A DNA stretch of 64,000 bases from Octopus sinensis (GCF_006345805.1 NC_043010.1:18414001-18478000), one strand, 5' to 3'; counted from the first letter of the stretch, positions 24,934 through 37,176 are shown. Translations and numbers: made by a program. The notes: generated from the letters alone by a model not told the origin.

Positions 24934-25253
24934 GGCTGTCGTCTGCTCATCTATTTAATATAATCAGGTTTTAATAAAGACGAAAACACTTAGGATCATT
25001 TAAAACCATTCTCTCCGCTACACACACACACGCACATACACGCGCATGCATATGATCACACAGACACACACATACAAACACACACGTGTGCGCGCTTATG
25101 TTCTCTCGTTAGCACGCGCATACACAGACCTAGACAGACACATACATACACAACCATTCAAACACTCTTACTCTCCATACATCCATATATTTACAAACAT
25201 CTACACGCAGCCTCCCTCTCCTTATCTGTTTGTCTCTCTCTCGTTATATATAA

Positions 25254-25310
<57 letters not shown>

Positions 25311-25636
25311 TTTTTTTAATCCTTTCTTCACATCTATTCCCTTCTCGTTCTTCCACTCTCCTTCTCTATTATGTTTCTTCATTTTCCTCTCTTCAACGCT
25401 TCATGAATACCGTACAAGAACAAGTACATGGCCGTTACACACTCATCACGACATGGTTTCAATTCCCCTATAAATTCATTCCATTTCATTGTCAAGAATA
25501 TTAGTTTTATGTTCTCCAACGGAGACTAAGTTCTAAGCGATTCTCGCCCATTTTATATTTATGGACACCTTCCTATTTTACTCGGATTGACCCGTACAGC
25601 CATTCAATGTTTTAAAAATCCCATTATATTTATATA

Positions 25637-26024
25637 CAGTGATACCTCGCAGTACGGGTTTAATTCGTTCCATGACCGAGCTCGTCTTACGAGTTATTCG
25701 TTTTACAAATCAATTTTCTCCATTGAAATTAACTAAAATATAATTAATCCGTTCCAGCCCCACCAAAACCACTCAAAATTTAATTTTTCTACGGGTTTTA
25801 AAACAGGAAAGGTGTAGTTACAAGTAAAATGACAATTATAAAAAAGAGAAAGCAAAAGAAATATGTAAACTAGTTCTATTAACTGAATTACCTTAAAGAT
25901 GGGATGACTTGTGCACTCGTACGGCGGATTTCCGCTCGTACTTCTAGACAAAAATTCGCACGAGTCTCGGCTCGTACAGCAAATTACTTGTAAAATGGAG
26001 CACTCGTACTGTAAGGTTCTACTG
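25637..26024. mobile_element. pogo/Tigger-type MITE nested in a Charlie MITE
   Basis: TIRs CAGTGATACCTCGCAGTACG / CGTACTGTAAGGTTCTACTG with TA TSD; flanks (~25560-25636 and ~26027-26080) rejoin into sequence colinear with the 22853 MITE. Confidence 0.8.
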
Positions 26025-26112
26025 TAATTTAATATTAGGAATTTTATAAAATATTGTTAAAATATTTTGTATACTGTAGAAATATATATCCAATTTATTG
26101 CAAATAAATGTT

Positions 26113-26320
26113 TTCAAATTTTGGCACAAGGCCAGCAATTTCGAAGGAGGGGTAAGTCGATTACATCGACCCCAATGCACAACTGGTACTTATTCATCGA
26201 CCCAGAAAGAGTGAAAGGGAAAATAGATCTTGGCAGGATCTGAACTCAGAACGTAAAGACGGACGAAATACTGCTAAGTACTTTATCCGCTGTGCTAACG
26301 ATTCGGCCAACTCGCCGTCT
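26113..26320 (-). mobile_element. SINE family A (alternative tail)
   Basis: Reverse complement of head, central domain and AATTGCTGGCCTTGTGCCAAAATTTGAAA tail. Confidence 0.8.
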
Positions 26321-26342
26321 TAAAAAAAAAAAGCGGCCAGCA

Positions 26343-26414
26343 TGTTTCCACAGGAAATCGAACCCTGCGCCTCTCAGATTCCGGCTGAGCGCTCTAACTA
26401 TTAAGGTAAGAAAC
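26343..26414 (-). pseudogene. tRNA-like cloverleaf (anticodon position GGA), probable tRNA pseudogene or SINE head
   Basis: Acceptor GTTTCT/GGAAAC, anticodon stem CTCAG-CCGGAAT-CTGAG, T-arm CAGGG-TTCGATT-TCCTG, short variable loop, T-run ~11 nt downstream. Confidence 0.6.
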
Positions 26415-26913
26415 TTCTGACATTGCAGTAAAAAATTAAAAAATCTTATATGAACGCTAAGGATCCCGGTTGAGAGCCACCGTCCAAAATGACAATAGCT
26501 TTATCATAATGTGAAGGGAGATTTTTTTAAAGAATTTCTAGCTCAGTTCCTTATTCAAAACTTCTCTTTCACTGGAATGCCAGGACGGTTCGTCAATGCT
26601 GAACTTGATGCTACAGTGGTCGGCGTTTGTTATGTGCTCCATGTTCCTCCATGGTACTCTTCCAATTTCTCCATATTAATTTGTAGAGTTGTTTTAACCG
26701 CGCAGTCTATGACTTCTCCATACAGACAGTTCCAGTGCCACAATTATGGATCTTTCCCTTGAATATTATGCGGTCCGTTCCATTCTACTATAAACAGCTT
26801 GTAAATATCTCCTGCAAAAAGAACACCATTGCTGCTTCTGTCTCTTGCACATACATACATACATACATACATTCATACACACATATATATATATATGTGT
26901 GTATGTATGTATG

Positions 26914-26957
<44 letters not shown>

Positions 26958-27219
26958 ATATATATTTAATTATATTTATTAGGGAATAAAAATTCCGGCA
27001 TAACAGGGGTTCAAATTATTCTCAATGAGGAAATATATATTTTTTTCATTTAGAGATAGTAGGCCCCTTTCTCCCACCATATAAAAGGATTTTAATTTAA
27101 ATACTTACTACTTTATAACTATAAAGTAGTATACTACTCTAAATAGCATACTATTTCTAAATAAAAAAAAAAATATATATATATATATATTATATATATA
27201 TATATTATTTATGCGCCCA

Positions 27220-27487
27220 TTTCGAGCCTAGCCAGGCTCATGGGCCCGGTTTCTATGGCGTATGAGTCCACCCGGGATGTCAGTCCATCGTAGCGTTACT
27301 CAAGAAACATGAAGAAAGAGTGAGAGAAAGTTGGGGCGAAAGAGTACAACAGGGGTTGCCACCCCCTGCCGGAGCCTCGTGGACCTTTAGATGTTTTCGC
27401 TCAATAAACACACACAACGCCCGGTTTGGGAATCGAAACCGCGATCCTCCGACCACGAGTCCACTGCTGCCTTAACCACTGGGTTAT
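27220..27487 (-). mobile_element. SINE family C
   Basis: Colinear with 23323-23637. Confidence 0.85.
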
Positions 27488-27613
27488 ATATATATATATA
27501 TTATATATATATATACAATTAAGGGCTCCTAAATTAAGATGCCGAGTGCTGGGAACACAAAAAGGGGATGAACTTATCGAGAGTGAAAAACAAAAACGTT
27601 TACCGATAACTTT

Positions 27614-27689
27614 AACTCGAACCGCGGTTTCTGCTTCTTTCTAGCAAAACACAAGATATGTTTGCTAAGGCTAGCTTCATCAGCGAGTC
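27614..27689 (-). ncRNA. Type I hammerhead ribozyme candidate (PLE-type)
   Basis: GACUCG-CUGAUGA-A-GCU[long stem II]AGC-A-GAAAC-CGCG-GUU-CGAGUU: 6-bp stem I, intact core, palindromic helix III AACCGCGGUU, NUH triplet GUU. Confidence 0.6.
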
Positions 27690-27849
27690 GCCTTAATTTA
27701 ATCGAGGTCTGCAGCGATGTGAGACCATGTGTTGATCTCGAACTACTAGCAGATCTTAACTTTTCAAATCTCTGCGCAGACGCAAAATTTATACGGCAGT
27801 ATAGGGCATGCCGGGAAGAATTTTACGAATAAATTCATCATGTAATATG

Positions 27850-28030
27850 CGAATATGAACAAGAAGGGTAGTAATATTATTTACTACCAGGTGCCCAGCA
27901 CAAAAGACGAGTTAGTCATACATGAATAATATTTTTCTATATGAATAATATTTTTGTCTTATGACTAATTCGTCTTTTGTGCTGGGCACCTGGTAGTAAA
28001 TAATATTACTACCCTTCTTGTTCATATTCG
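27850..28030. repeat. Near-perfect hairpin: 71-bp arms, 39-bp spacer
   Basis: 27850-27920 vs 27960-28030 differ at one position; spacer contains ATGAATAATATTTTT twice. Confidence 0.95.
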
Positions 28031-28049
28031 TATATATATATATGTATGT

Positions 28050-28091
<42 letters not shown>

Positions 28092-28199
28092 TATATATAT
28101 ATATATATATTATATATATATATATAAATATACTTGTATATATAAATACATATATATATATGTGTGTGTAAAAGGACCAAAGTTCTTTCTCTGACCATT

Positions 28200-28392
28200 G
28201 ACTCATAAGGCTGGTTTCCTGGATTTTGTAGCGTAAATATTCCTTCTCTAGACGAGACGCTGGTCAGTCGCTGGATTCCTCATTTTTGCCAACTGAGTGG
28301 ACAGGAGCAACGTGAAATGAAATACCCTATTCTAGAACACAACACATCACTCGGTCCAGGAAGCGAAACCACAATCTTACGCACATGAGTCC
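28200..28392 (-). mobile_element. SINE family D with family-C-like 3' part
   Basis: tRNA head + TTTCACGTTGCTCCTGTCCACTCAGTTGGCAAAAATGAG, then GACTGACCAGCGTCTCGTC..GGAAACCAGCCTTATGAG resembling the family C tail. Confidence 0.65.
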
Positions 28393-28661
28393 GACACCCT
28401 AACCACTCAGCCAGTTTAGTATTGACTGTCGTCAAGAAGACTACTCTATAACATGGTAGAGATTGATGGTATTTTATTTTGGTGGAGTCAGTATCTTGCT
28501 ACCCTGAGGTTCATCCGTGAGAGAAAAGGATCTTCTGGCAAGTTGTGACAGGAAAATTGATGGGGTTAATATATGTAGTAAGAGTTTACTAGTCACCTCA
28601 CCCTATAACTAGAAAACTGTATGTAAATATGTAAATCCAATCATTTGACCCGACCAAAATA

Positions 28662-28702
<41 letters not shown>

Positions 28703-28894
28703 GTGGTCGTATACTGTCAACTCAATGTGACAGTCCCGTAAGGGAATTACACCACCGCCATTTAGCCCTAGTTAACATCGACGTCTCCTGTCGGCTTTGA
28801 CACATTTTCTGTGTCCTTATATTTCCAAAGGGGAGGCAATCACCCCCGCAAGCCGGGACAAGGCACCTGAAGACATATGTATATATATATACAT

Positions 28895-29684
28895 CAGAGA
28901 CGACTCCTGTTCATCCGCGTCACTCGGGCTAATCTCAGAATTCATCACCCGGGATCATCACAGATTTTGCATAAGACATATGCCTGCTGGAAGAATTTCG
29001 CGTTTTCCCACAATATTTCTAGCCCTAAAATTATCAACCCTTATTTATTATATCTAGCACTGTCTTTCTCCATTTCTAAATTAAGGGTTAAAATAAAGCA
29101 ACCCTGCAAAACACAACTGATTTTCACACGCAGACGCACAGAATAGCAGCAATCAAATAACGACAGCGGAGTGCACAACAAACATCAGTGATCCGACTGT
29201 CGCCTGTACTCTTCACAAGAGATGCCGGTTCGTCTTTTACACCTTCCAGACTCGTTGGTATTAGCCCGAGTTGCTGGATAATTTTTGTTCCTTTAAGAAT
29301 ATCGTAGAACAGCAACTTTTCATAGATTGGAATTTAAATCCTAATCTTTATAGAAATTTATTGTTTCAAGAAAACATTGAAGTTGAGTTACTTTTAATTT
29401 TTACGTTTATAGATAACAACTCAGGTCTTAATTTCTGAGTCCAAGTCAGGTGTGTGTAAACGATGTCGAGAGAACGTCTGTTATGAATGATATTTTTTGA
29501 CACAAGGCACCTCTAAGACAACCACCATACACTGAACAAAAATATATAAACTGCGACCAGGCTCAATAAAAGGAATCTGAAGCCAGTGTTGGGAGATATT
29601 AAAGCAGCTTAAAAATACATATTCACTTTACTAAATTTATACTCGGGCTAAGCTCGAACAGCCCGAGTGCTGGAGTCGCCACTG
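28895..29684. mobile_element. Non-autonomous hAT element (790 bp)
   Basis: TIRs CAGAGACGACTC / GAGTCGCCACTG, 8-bp TSD ATATACAT / ATATACGT, repeated CTCGGGCT subterminal motifs; second copy at 55086-55531. Confidence 0.8.
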
Positions 29685-30479
29685 ATATACGTGTGTGTGT
29701 GTGTGTGCGCGCGCGCTCTCACAAGCTCACAGACAGATAGATATGTACGGAAAGCTATGTACATCTAAATGTACGTGAGTGTACATACAAGGTCTTCTTC
29801 AGAGAGTTCAGACCAGTCGCTAACAACGCCGACAAGACTCTTTGAGATAAGAGAGTTTCTGGTGTTTCTAAACATGTACTTCAGTTGGTTGAACTGTCGA
29901 TACACACACCTAAGTGTAGGCATTCTATTCTATTCTTTATAATGTCTCACAAATTTTCACTGTGCCGCTAATAGGTTGGAAAAGGCTAACCACTGGATTT
30001 GGTTAAAAAGAGACAATGAGCGACGGCTAGAAGAATGTTGAGCTTTTTTTGATAACCAGCTGATCTAGCAAACGGGGCCTCATATCATGAGGTGAGGGTG
30101 GGGGCGATGCGCATTGATGCCGTCGAGAGGTAGGCACCGAAACGGCGCGCTTTCTCTCCTAATGACCCTATACACTTACAGGCTTCAGGTATGCGGAGCT
30201 CTCGCCTGGTAGCACTTGCATGTGTAAGTTGTTTGCAAAACATCGTTGGGGAAAGATGTTACTAACCACCAGCTGAAAAATGTTGAAATAATAAGAAAAT
30301 ACCAGTAGCAGTACAAGTCTAAACGCAAATACAATAGGTCGCGTCATATTGGAAAGAATTTCTCTGTTAGAATAAGGAACTACAATGATAAAACTACTGA
30401 AAATGAGAGTTAATCTAATAATACAACTAAAAATAGTAAAACTTTACGTTCTCTAATGCCTTGTCGTGTAATAGATAGA

Positions 30480-30900
30480 GCAGAAAGATGAAAACCTAAC
30501 TTGTCGTCTGCAATTTCAAATAAGTGTTTCACTAAACTGTAAATGTAGAATAACCACTAATTGCCCCATTAATAGCGAATGTTTAAGAACGAAAAGTATA
30601 TACAAGTAATATCATAGCATAAAATAACTTTTCATTAAGTCATTGTATATATCGCAAATTATGAGAAGCATATGAAACGGTTGGCCATTTGATTTTAAAC
30701 ACGGACTTTTGTCTTTTAAAAAGCAAATACACTTCAAATAAGCTTGTTATAATTTTATTTTCTGGATTCTTCGATGAATGAACAGATTGATAAGAACGCG
30801 TCTGCAAAAAATTCTCAGTTAATCCAATATAAGCATTCGGTAAATCGTTATTGTCTAGCTGCACCGAAGCACAATAAACTAAATTTTTTTCAAAAAAAAT
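30480..30900 (-). pseudogene. Penelope-like GIY-YIG endonuclease remnant
   Basis: LVYCASVQLDNNDLPNAYIGLTENFLQTRSYQSVHSSKNPENKIITSL..FKIKW..SETLI*NCRR. Confidence 0.75.
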
Positions 30901-31259
30901 TATAATAAAGGGGCGAATAAGTGTTTGCATCTGCACTTATGTTCAGTGTGATCATGGCTCTTAGTACTTTGTGTTTGTGCGTGCGCGCGCGAGTGAGCAT
31001 GAATACTTTTGAAATAAATGTCTTTGTTGATGCTTACAACCAAGGGTATACATTTTATTCATTTAAGGAATTTCAGATGGAAAATCTTTGGAATGTCTTA
31101 CAATTTTTTACTGCGCCGCCAATAGATTGGATTTGGAGGATGCGTGACAGTTTCTTTTTATCTTTCTTCGAAGGCCCTAGAGTTTCTAGGTTTTTATGCA
31201 AATCCCTAATTACATTGCCTTATGCATCTACGATGATAGGTACAACTGGTCATCTATAA

Positions 31260-32460
31260 TCAGTGTACGAAAGCTATAAGTTCCTCAATTCACCATAATT
31301 TTTTTTCCTGAACTTTTGGTTGTACGTTCACATCCGCTGGACAATCTGACCTCTATTGTAGAATAACTTTTGTTCCGTGTCCCACAGGACAATATTAGAT
31401 CTGTTATATATGCACCGAATTGCTGTTTTTGCTGGAATATTCCACAAGTATTCCTTGTTTTCAAAGATGTGAATACATTCTGGTTCTGAGATGCCAGAAT
31501 GCTGATAGTTCTGAGTTCCATATTTTTCGGAGTCTACTGAAATATTTTTTGTCACTCTGGCTTTACTCACAGCGCCAACGTACGCAACATTTTCACCAAT
31601 TCTGAGATATTTATAATATTCATCATTGAATTCAGGTGACGTAGACAGGAATTTGTGTTCGTATTCTCTGACTGGTTGACATTCTTTCCTCGTTGACTTT
31701 CATATCTGAGCATTTATCTTGCCTAAACTCCATTCTTATATCCCGTGAAAATATTGTAACAAGTTCAACGTCTTCATTTTGTTCATGTTACCAGAATATA
31801 ACTTTAGGACAAAAAATATAACTTTAGGACAAAAAAATGTACAGGTGACATTGATTCTATTCTTTTCAGCATATAGCTTTGGTATTTTGTTAACAGGGCT
31901 GACAAGGGGCCCAGTGCCAGTAAACACAGCGTAACAGATAAACTATCGGCCTAGAATACACCCTTTAATAACCTAATTCTGCTTGTGATAACAGGTCTTG
32001 CTTCGGTTGTTAGTGATAATTGTGAGGACCACTATGTGGTTAGTCTTTCAATGGCATTAAGTATAGCAACTGGTACATTTGCATGGTGCAATGATTTCCG
32101 TATAGGTGAGTGAGGGACAGAGTCAAACGCCTTCTTGTGGTTTGACCATAGTGTTAAGAGATTATGGCGATGCTGATTGGCTTCCTCGCCTCTCCATCTG
32201 TTATGACACCATTCGTTTGGCAATGGTCTTGGAGAAACATATTCAAACAACTTGTGTACAGTTCGTACATAACATTCAAGCATGCTCTGAGCCTATAGTT
32301 TTTGGCCACATAGAGGGTCTCTTTGTTTTGCGGGGATAAAGAGTGTCCGTGCAGCCGTCAGCCAATCTGGTACGTCGAGCTCAACGTCCATTGTATTCTT
32401 AAAACAGTGTCGTGAAAATTTCCCTGGAGAACGTGAGCTTTTTGTACCTGTAGCCTGCCG
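31260..32460 (-). pseudogene. R4/Dong-clade non-LTR retrotransposon RT remnant
   Basis: PDWLTAARTLFIP..KNYR..CLNVMY, KKAFDSVPH, DIRMEFRQDKC, YKYLRIGE..YFSRLRKIWNSELSA. Confidence 0.7.
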
Positions 32461-32684
32461 TCAGGTCTTTCTCAGGTGATTTTCTATTCGGTAGTATCAT
32501 ACTAACTACCAGGTGTGTTTCGCTAATGATGCTAAATGTTTTGGGAGAGACGTTTACACAATACTCACTCCGTAGTTCGTTTAACCTTGCTGCATCGCGT
32601 TTGTCTGCTTTGTTTTATACGCGTGTATGTATCTCTTATTGCTTATCTCTTATATCTTCCTTGTTTCAATCATTGGAAGGTGGA

Positions 32685-32877
32685 AATGCTAAGGTCGCAG
32701 AAATGTTAGGGTCACGGAAATGCTAGGGTAGCGGAAATGCTAGGGCAGCGGAGATGCTAGGGTAGCGGAGATGCTAGGGTCACGGAAATGCTAGGGTAGC
32801 GAAGATGCTAGGGTCATGGAAATGCTAAGGTCGCAGAAATGCTAGGGTCACGGAGCTGCTAGGGTAGCGGAGATGCT

Positions 32878-32880
<3 letters not shown>
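32685..32880. repeat. 17-bp minisatellite, ~11.5 copies, consensus (A/G)ATGCTAGGGT(AG/CA)CGGA
   Basis: Units read directly; array runs straight into (TA)n. Confidence 0.95.
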
Positions 32881-32925
<45 letters not shown>

Positions 32926-33604
32926 GTGGCAGCAGTATAGTAGCAAACTTGCTCATACTGTTGAAAGCAAGTGTGTGTGTAAGTGTGTGCGTGTGTGTGT
33001 AAAGATACAGAGGAAGAAAAGGAAATAACTAAATGCATGAATGAGCTGAGAAGAGAAAAATATGTACGTATAAGGCGTTCGCCGTCTTGAATGGAGGAAT
33101 CACTTTCGTCAGCTTTTTTAAATGATACTGTTTTCCTTACATTACATCGTCCGATACCGCCATCACCCGTCAACGCTCGCCGACACCCGCCAACACTCGC
33201 CACCGCTCACCAACGCGGTCTTCAAATGTTGACATCACAACCATGCCTTCCTGTTCCATTAACGCGATAATCGACATCAAGAACGAAGTCGCAGTTTGAC
33301 ATTACCCGAAAAGAAACCAACTTTCTCTCCTCCTCCCCCTCCCACCTTCTCCTTCTTCTTCCGATACTCAAAAGTGCTCACCACAAACTCTCCTTTCTAT
33401 TACGGTGTGTTTTGTTTTTTAATATATATTGTTTGTTGTTCAGGATGGGGGCTGCCCCTATTTCGTTTACTTCACAAACTGGTTCAATCTAATGAGGAAA
33501 GAGGTGAGAAGGAAGAAAAATAGAGGATACACATGTACAAATAAACCAATTATGTATCTAAAACGAAAATTAATACACGTACGCACATACACTGTGTGTG
33601 TGTG

Positions 33605-33799
33605 TAATATACACACATATATATGTATGTGTATATATATGTATATATATATATGTATGTGTATATATATGTATATATATATGCATGTGTATATATATAT
33701 ATGTATATATATATATGTATGTATGTGTATATATATATATGTATATATATAAATATATGTATGCGTATATATATATATGTATATATATATATGTATGTG

Positions 33800-33830
<31 letters not shown>

Positions 33831-34250
33831 GTATGTGTATATATATATATATGTATATATATTTATGTATGTGTATATATATATGTATATATATATAGTA
33901 TGTATATATATATGTAATATATAATATATGTATGTGTATTATATGTATATATATATATATGTATGTATATATATATATAATATGTATATATGTATGTGTA
34001 TAATATATATCTATATGTGTATATATATGTATGTGTATATATATGTATGTGTATATATATGTATGTATATATATATGTATGTGTATATATATGTATGTAT
34101 ATATATACATATATATATATATATGTATATATATATACACATATATATATATGTATGTATATATACATATATATATATGTATATATATACATATATATAA
34201 ATGTATATATAGAGAAAGAGAAAGAGAGAGAGAGATGTATATATATATAC
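33605..34250. repeat. (TA/TATG)n compound microsatellite
   Basis: Direct reading of the sequence. Confidence 0.95.
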
Positions 34251-35279
34251 ATATGTACACACATACAGAAGTGTGTGTGTGTGTGTGTGTGCATAAAACT
34301 GACGTAAATGACAGCTATGAATACGTAAAAACGAGATAATTTTGCTGTAAGGAGCAACAAAACGGGAAACTGGTGAAACTGTGAGTGGCGAGAGGAGGAA
34401 ATAATCTAGAAAGGGGGATAAGGGAGAGAAGAGGAGAGGAGAGGAGGGAAGAAAGGATAGGGGCTGAGGAAGGAGGAGAGGCTAAGTGAGAAACCCCTTC
34501 TTTTTATATACATAAATACAAATAGGGGTCGGGGAATATGGAGTCAATAAGTTTCTTTTATTTTCTCACGTTGATGTCTTCATGGAGAGGTGATTGTGTG
34601 TTTAATAGAGAAGTGGTGGTGGCGGCGGTGGTGTTGGTGGTGTTGATGGTGGTGGTGGTGGTGGTGGTGGTGGCGGCGGCGGTAGTGGTTGTTTTTGTCC
34701 GTTTCAATTCTGATATGTCTAGTGTCAAAGACTTTCCAGCAATGACCATCCTTTCTTTTTGCATACCCATAAGTACACTGGGAGTAACTTGGCTGCTATT
34801 TCTAGCTGACCGACGAACCACAATGACTTATTGCTGTTGTTGCTATTATTACTTTTGTTATTTCTTTTTATTGTTGTTAAGGGAAACAAGGAGGATCGGA
34901 TTTGGTTGGGAAAGAGAAATTAAAAAATACATTATTATTATTTAATTTCTCTATCTGAAGAATTTTAATAGGACATTCCTTTCATGTCTATCATGTAAAA
35001 CGTTGTAATTCCTATTAGCAAATGAAACACGTGTAACGGTGAATAAATAATAGCCAAAACATTCCACTTTGTACTCCTTTATTCCGACTGCTACATATGT
35101 TTCAGTATTCAGCAATACATTGCATTACACAACAGTTGGAACCGGTATGTGCACCTTATGGGAGTCCACCTACTGGTTCCATCTGTTGGGTTATTTCAGT
35201 TATTTTGGCAGCGAGTGTGGAGGTGGATATGGAACGAGGTAAAAGTCAGACAATCGAAAAAGAAAAGCCAATACAATTG

Positions 35280-36466
35280 GAATAAACGAGTACCAAATTT
35301 TGCGAATGTTCTTTGTCTTAGGCCATGAAACTTTGCATACATGTTAAACCAACATCCTGTTTGTTACTAGGCTCATTGCAGTTTAATAAAAATCTATAAT
35401 TGGACGGCTAGGGCCCCTAGAAGGGTTCAGGTGTAACCCAGCTATTTGCCTTTAATGGCCAAGGGGAAATAACCTTTTCATTTTTCTTTATTTTTCTCTT
35501 TTACCCACTGGTCATTTCTCCATCCATTTCTTTAAGACACAATATCATTAGAGTGACCGGTTGCCAGTGGTTACGTTGTGTAAATACGTGTGCGTTCTAC
35601 ATTACGTGGACTTTCTTACAAGGAGTTATCAGACAAGGTCAGTGATACTATCACTCTAACCCCTGTCCTAAGTCAATATATAAATTTAATGACATTTCAT
35701 AGACCTGCCTAAGATTTTTCATTTAAAACAAATTTGAGTAAAATCCCACCATGGATTATAGAGATGTCAATGCTATAACTTATTTGCAAATTTTACCATT
35801 AACGTACTATTTCCATGGCAACCGTGCAAACATGTTTCAAGATGTTACATTTTATTTGGTATAAATCAAGTTGAGTATGTTTATTTCTTAATATTTGAAC
35901 TGTTAGGTTATTTTCGTACTTTACCCAGAACAACCTTTAAACAAGTAAATAGTATTTTCCTCAACAATAGATCCACTTATTTCGGTTAGTGACTTATTCA
36001 CAAATACACCATGAATGACGATGCCTTTCATGTCACTTCAGCCAATTGACAGGCATTGCACGAAGAACCTTTCTGACTTACTTTGAATTGTTATTATCTC
36101 ATATCCGATTTGCCTGTTATTACGTAACATGCTTCACGATTTTGGTATATATACCATAGTGGTATTTGCTCCTAAGTTCTATATGTTCTGAGAACACATT
36201 AAAGCCCTTTTCAGGGCTACTTTATTTGAATTGTTACTATCGGGTAACTAAGTTGCATGTTATTACGTATCGGACTTCACAATTTTGGTATTCATAACTT
36301 ATTGGGATTTCCTAAAAACAAGAACCTATGTAAGATGGTTCAGTATTCTCCGTAAATGCACAAAAACTGTTTTAAAGGCTACATACTTTGTATTGTTGCT
36401 ATCTGATTAGCGAAACCAGGGGATAAGCCTCGCTATTCCGGGAATTACCTGGTACGTCAGCTGCCA
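35280..36466 (-). mobile_element. Lep1/HINE-like rolling-circle element, inverted homologue of 38456-39335
   Basis: Blocks such as GGGCTTTAAT, GATCCACTTA.TTCGGTTAGTGACTTATTCAC and GGTTATTTCCCCTTGG are shared in reverse complement; CATGTATGCAAAGTTTCATGG near the 3' end. Confidence 0.6.
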
Positions 36467-36483
36467 TTATATATATATATATC

Positions 36484-37176
36484 AGAATTAAGATATAAAC
36501 CCAAATTAGGCAATCAGACCCATACATTTATAAATTCGACTTAAAATGCATATACATATATTAATACATATCGACACATATGAATATTTTTTTTAAAGAT
36601 TCATAAAATATAAATATGCATAAAAATACATGTAAATAAAACCCATGTGGGATACATATGGAAGGAAGTGTGATAAAAATCCTGAAAGAATTTTTTTTGT
36701 ACTGAAATTAAGAGCGGTTAAGAGTTTGAATTAAAAGATGCATAGAGTTCGGTGTGTTTTTTTAACAAATATGTAAATGGTAGATAAGGTATATAATACA
36801 GTTGGAGGAGGTTCACTGATAAAGGGGACGTTGTCCACATGGTTTGTAAGAGGTAATTTTTCTACTAGGACATGACCTCTAGAAACGGCTGGTGAAAGTA
36901 AGCCTCCTCGAACTGTATTATATACTTTATATACCATTTATATTTTTTTTTAAATGCACACCGAGCTCTATGGATCTTTTAAATGAAATTCGTAACCGCT
37001 CTTAATTTCAGTACAAAAAAATTTGTATTTTTATGTATATATATATATTTATATTTTATGAATTATTTTTTAAAAATATTCATGTGTGACGTGTATTGAT
37101 ATGTGTATACGCATTTTAAGTCAAATTTATAAATGTATGAGTATGATTGCCTAATTTGAGTTCATATCTTAATTCT
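36484..37176. repeat. Large fold-back element (~690 bp) with degenerate HHR in the loop
   Basis: AGAATTAAGATATAAACCCAAATTAGGCAATC.. is mirrored at 37176; inner arms close on 36812-36896 (TTCA-CTGATAA-AGGGG..CCTCT-A-GAAAC-GGCT-G..TGAA). Confidence 0.85.

Noticed and set aside
32685-32880. Regular repeats as a CRISPR-like array
   Set aside because: The units are directly adjacent with no unique spacers, the context is eukaryotic and there are no cas genes.
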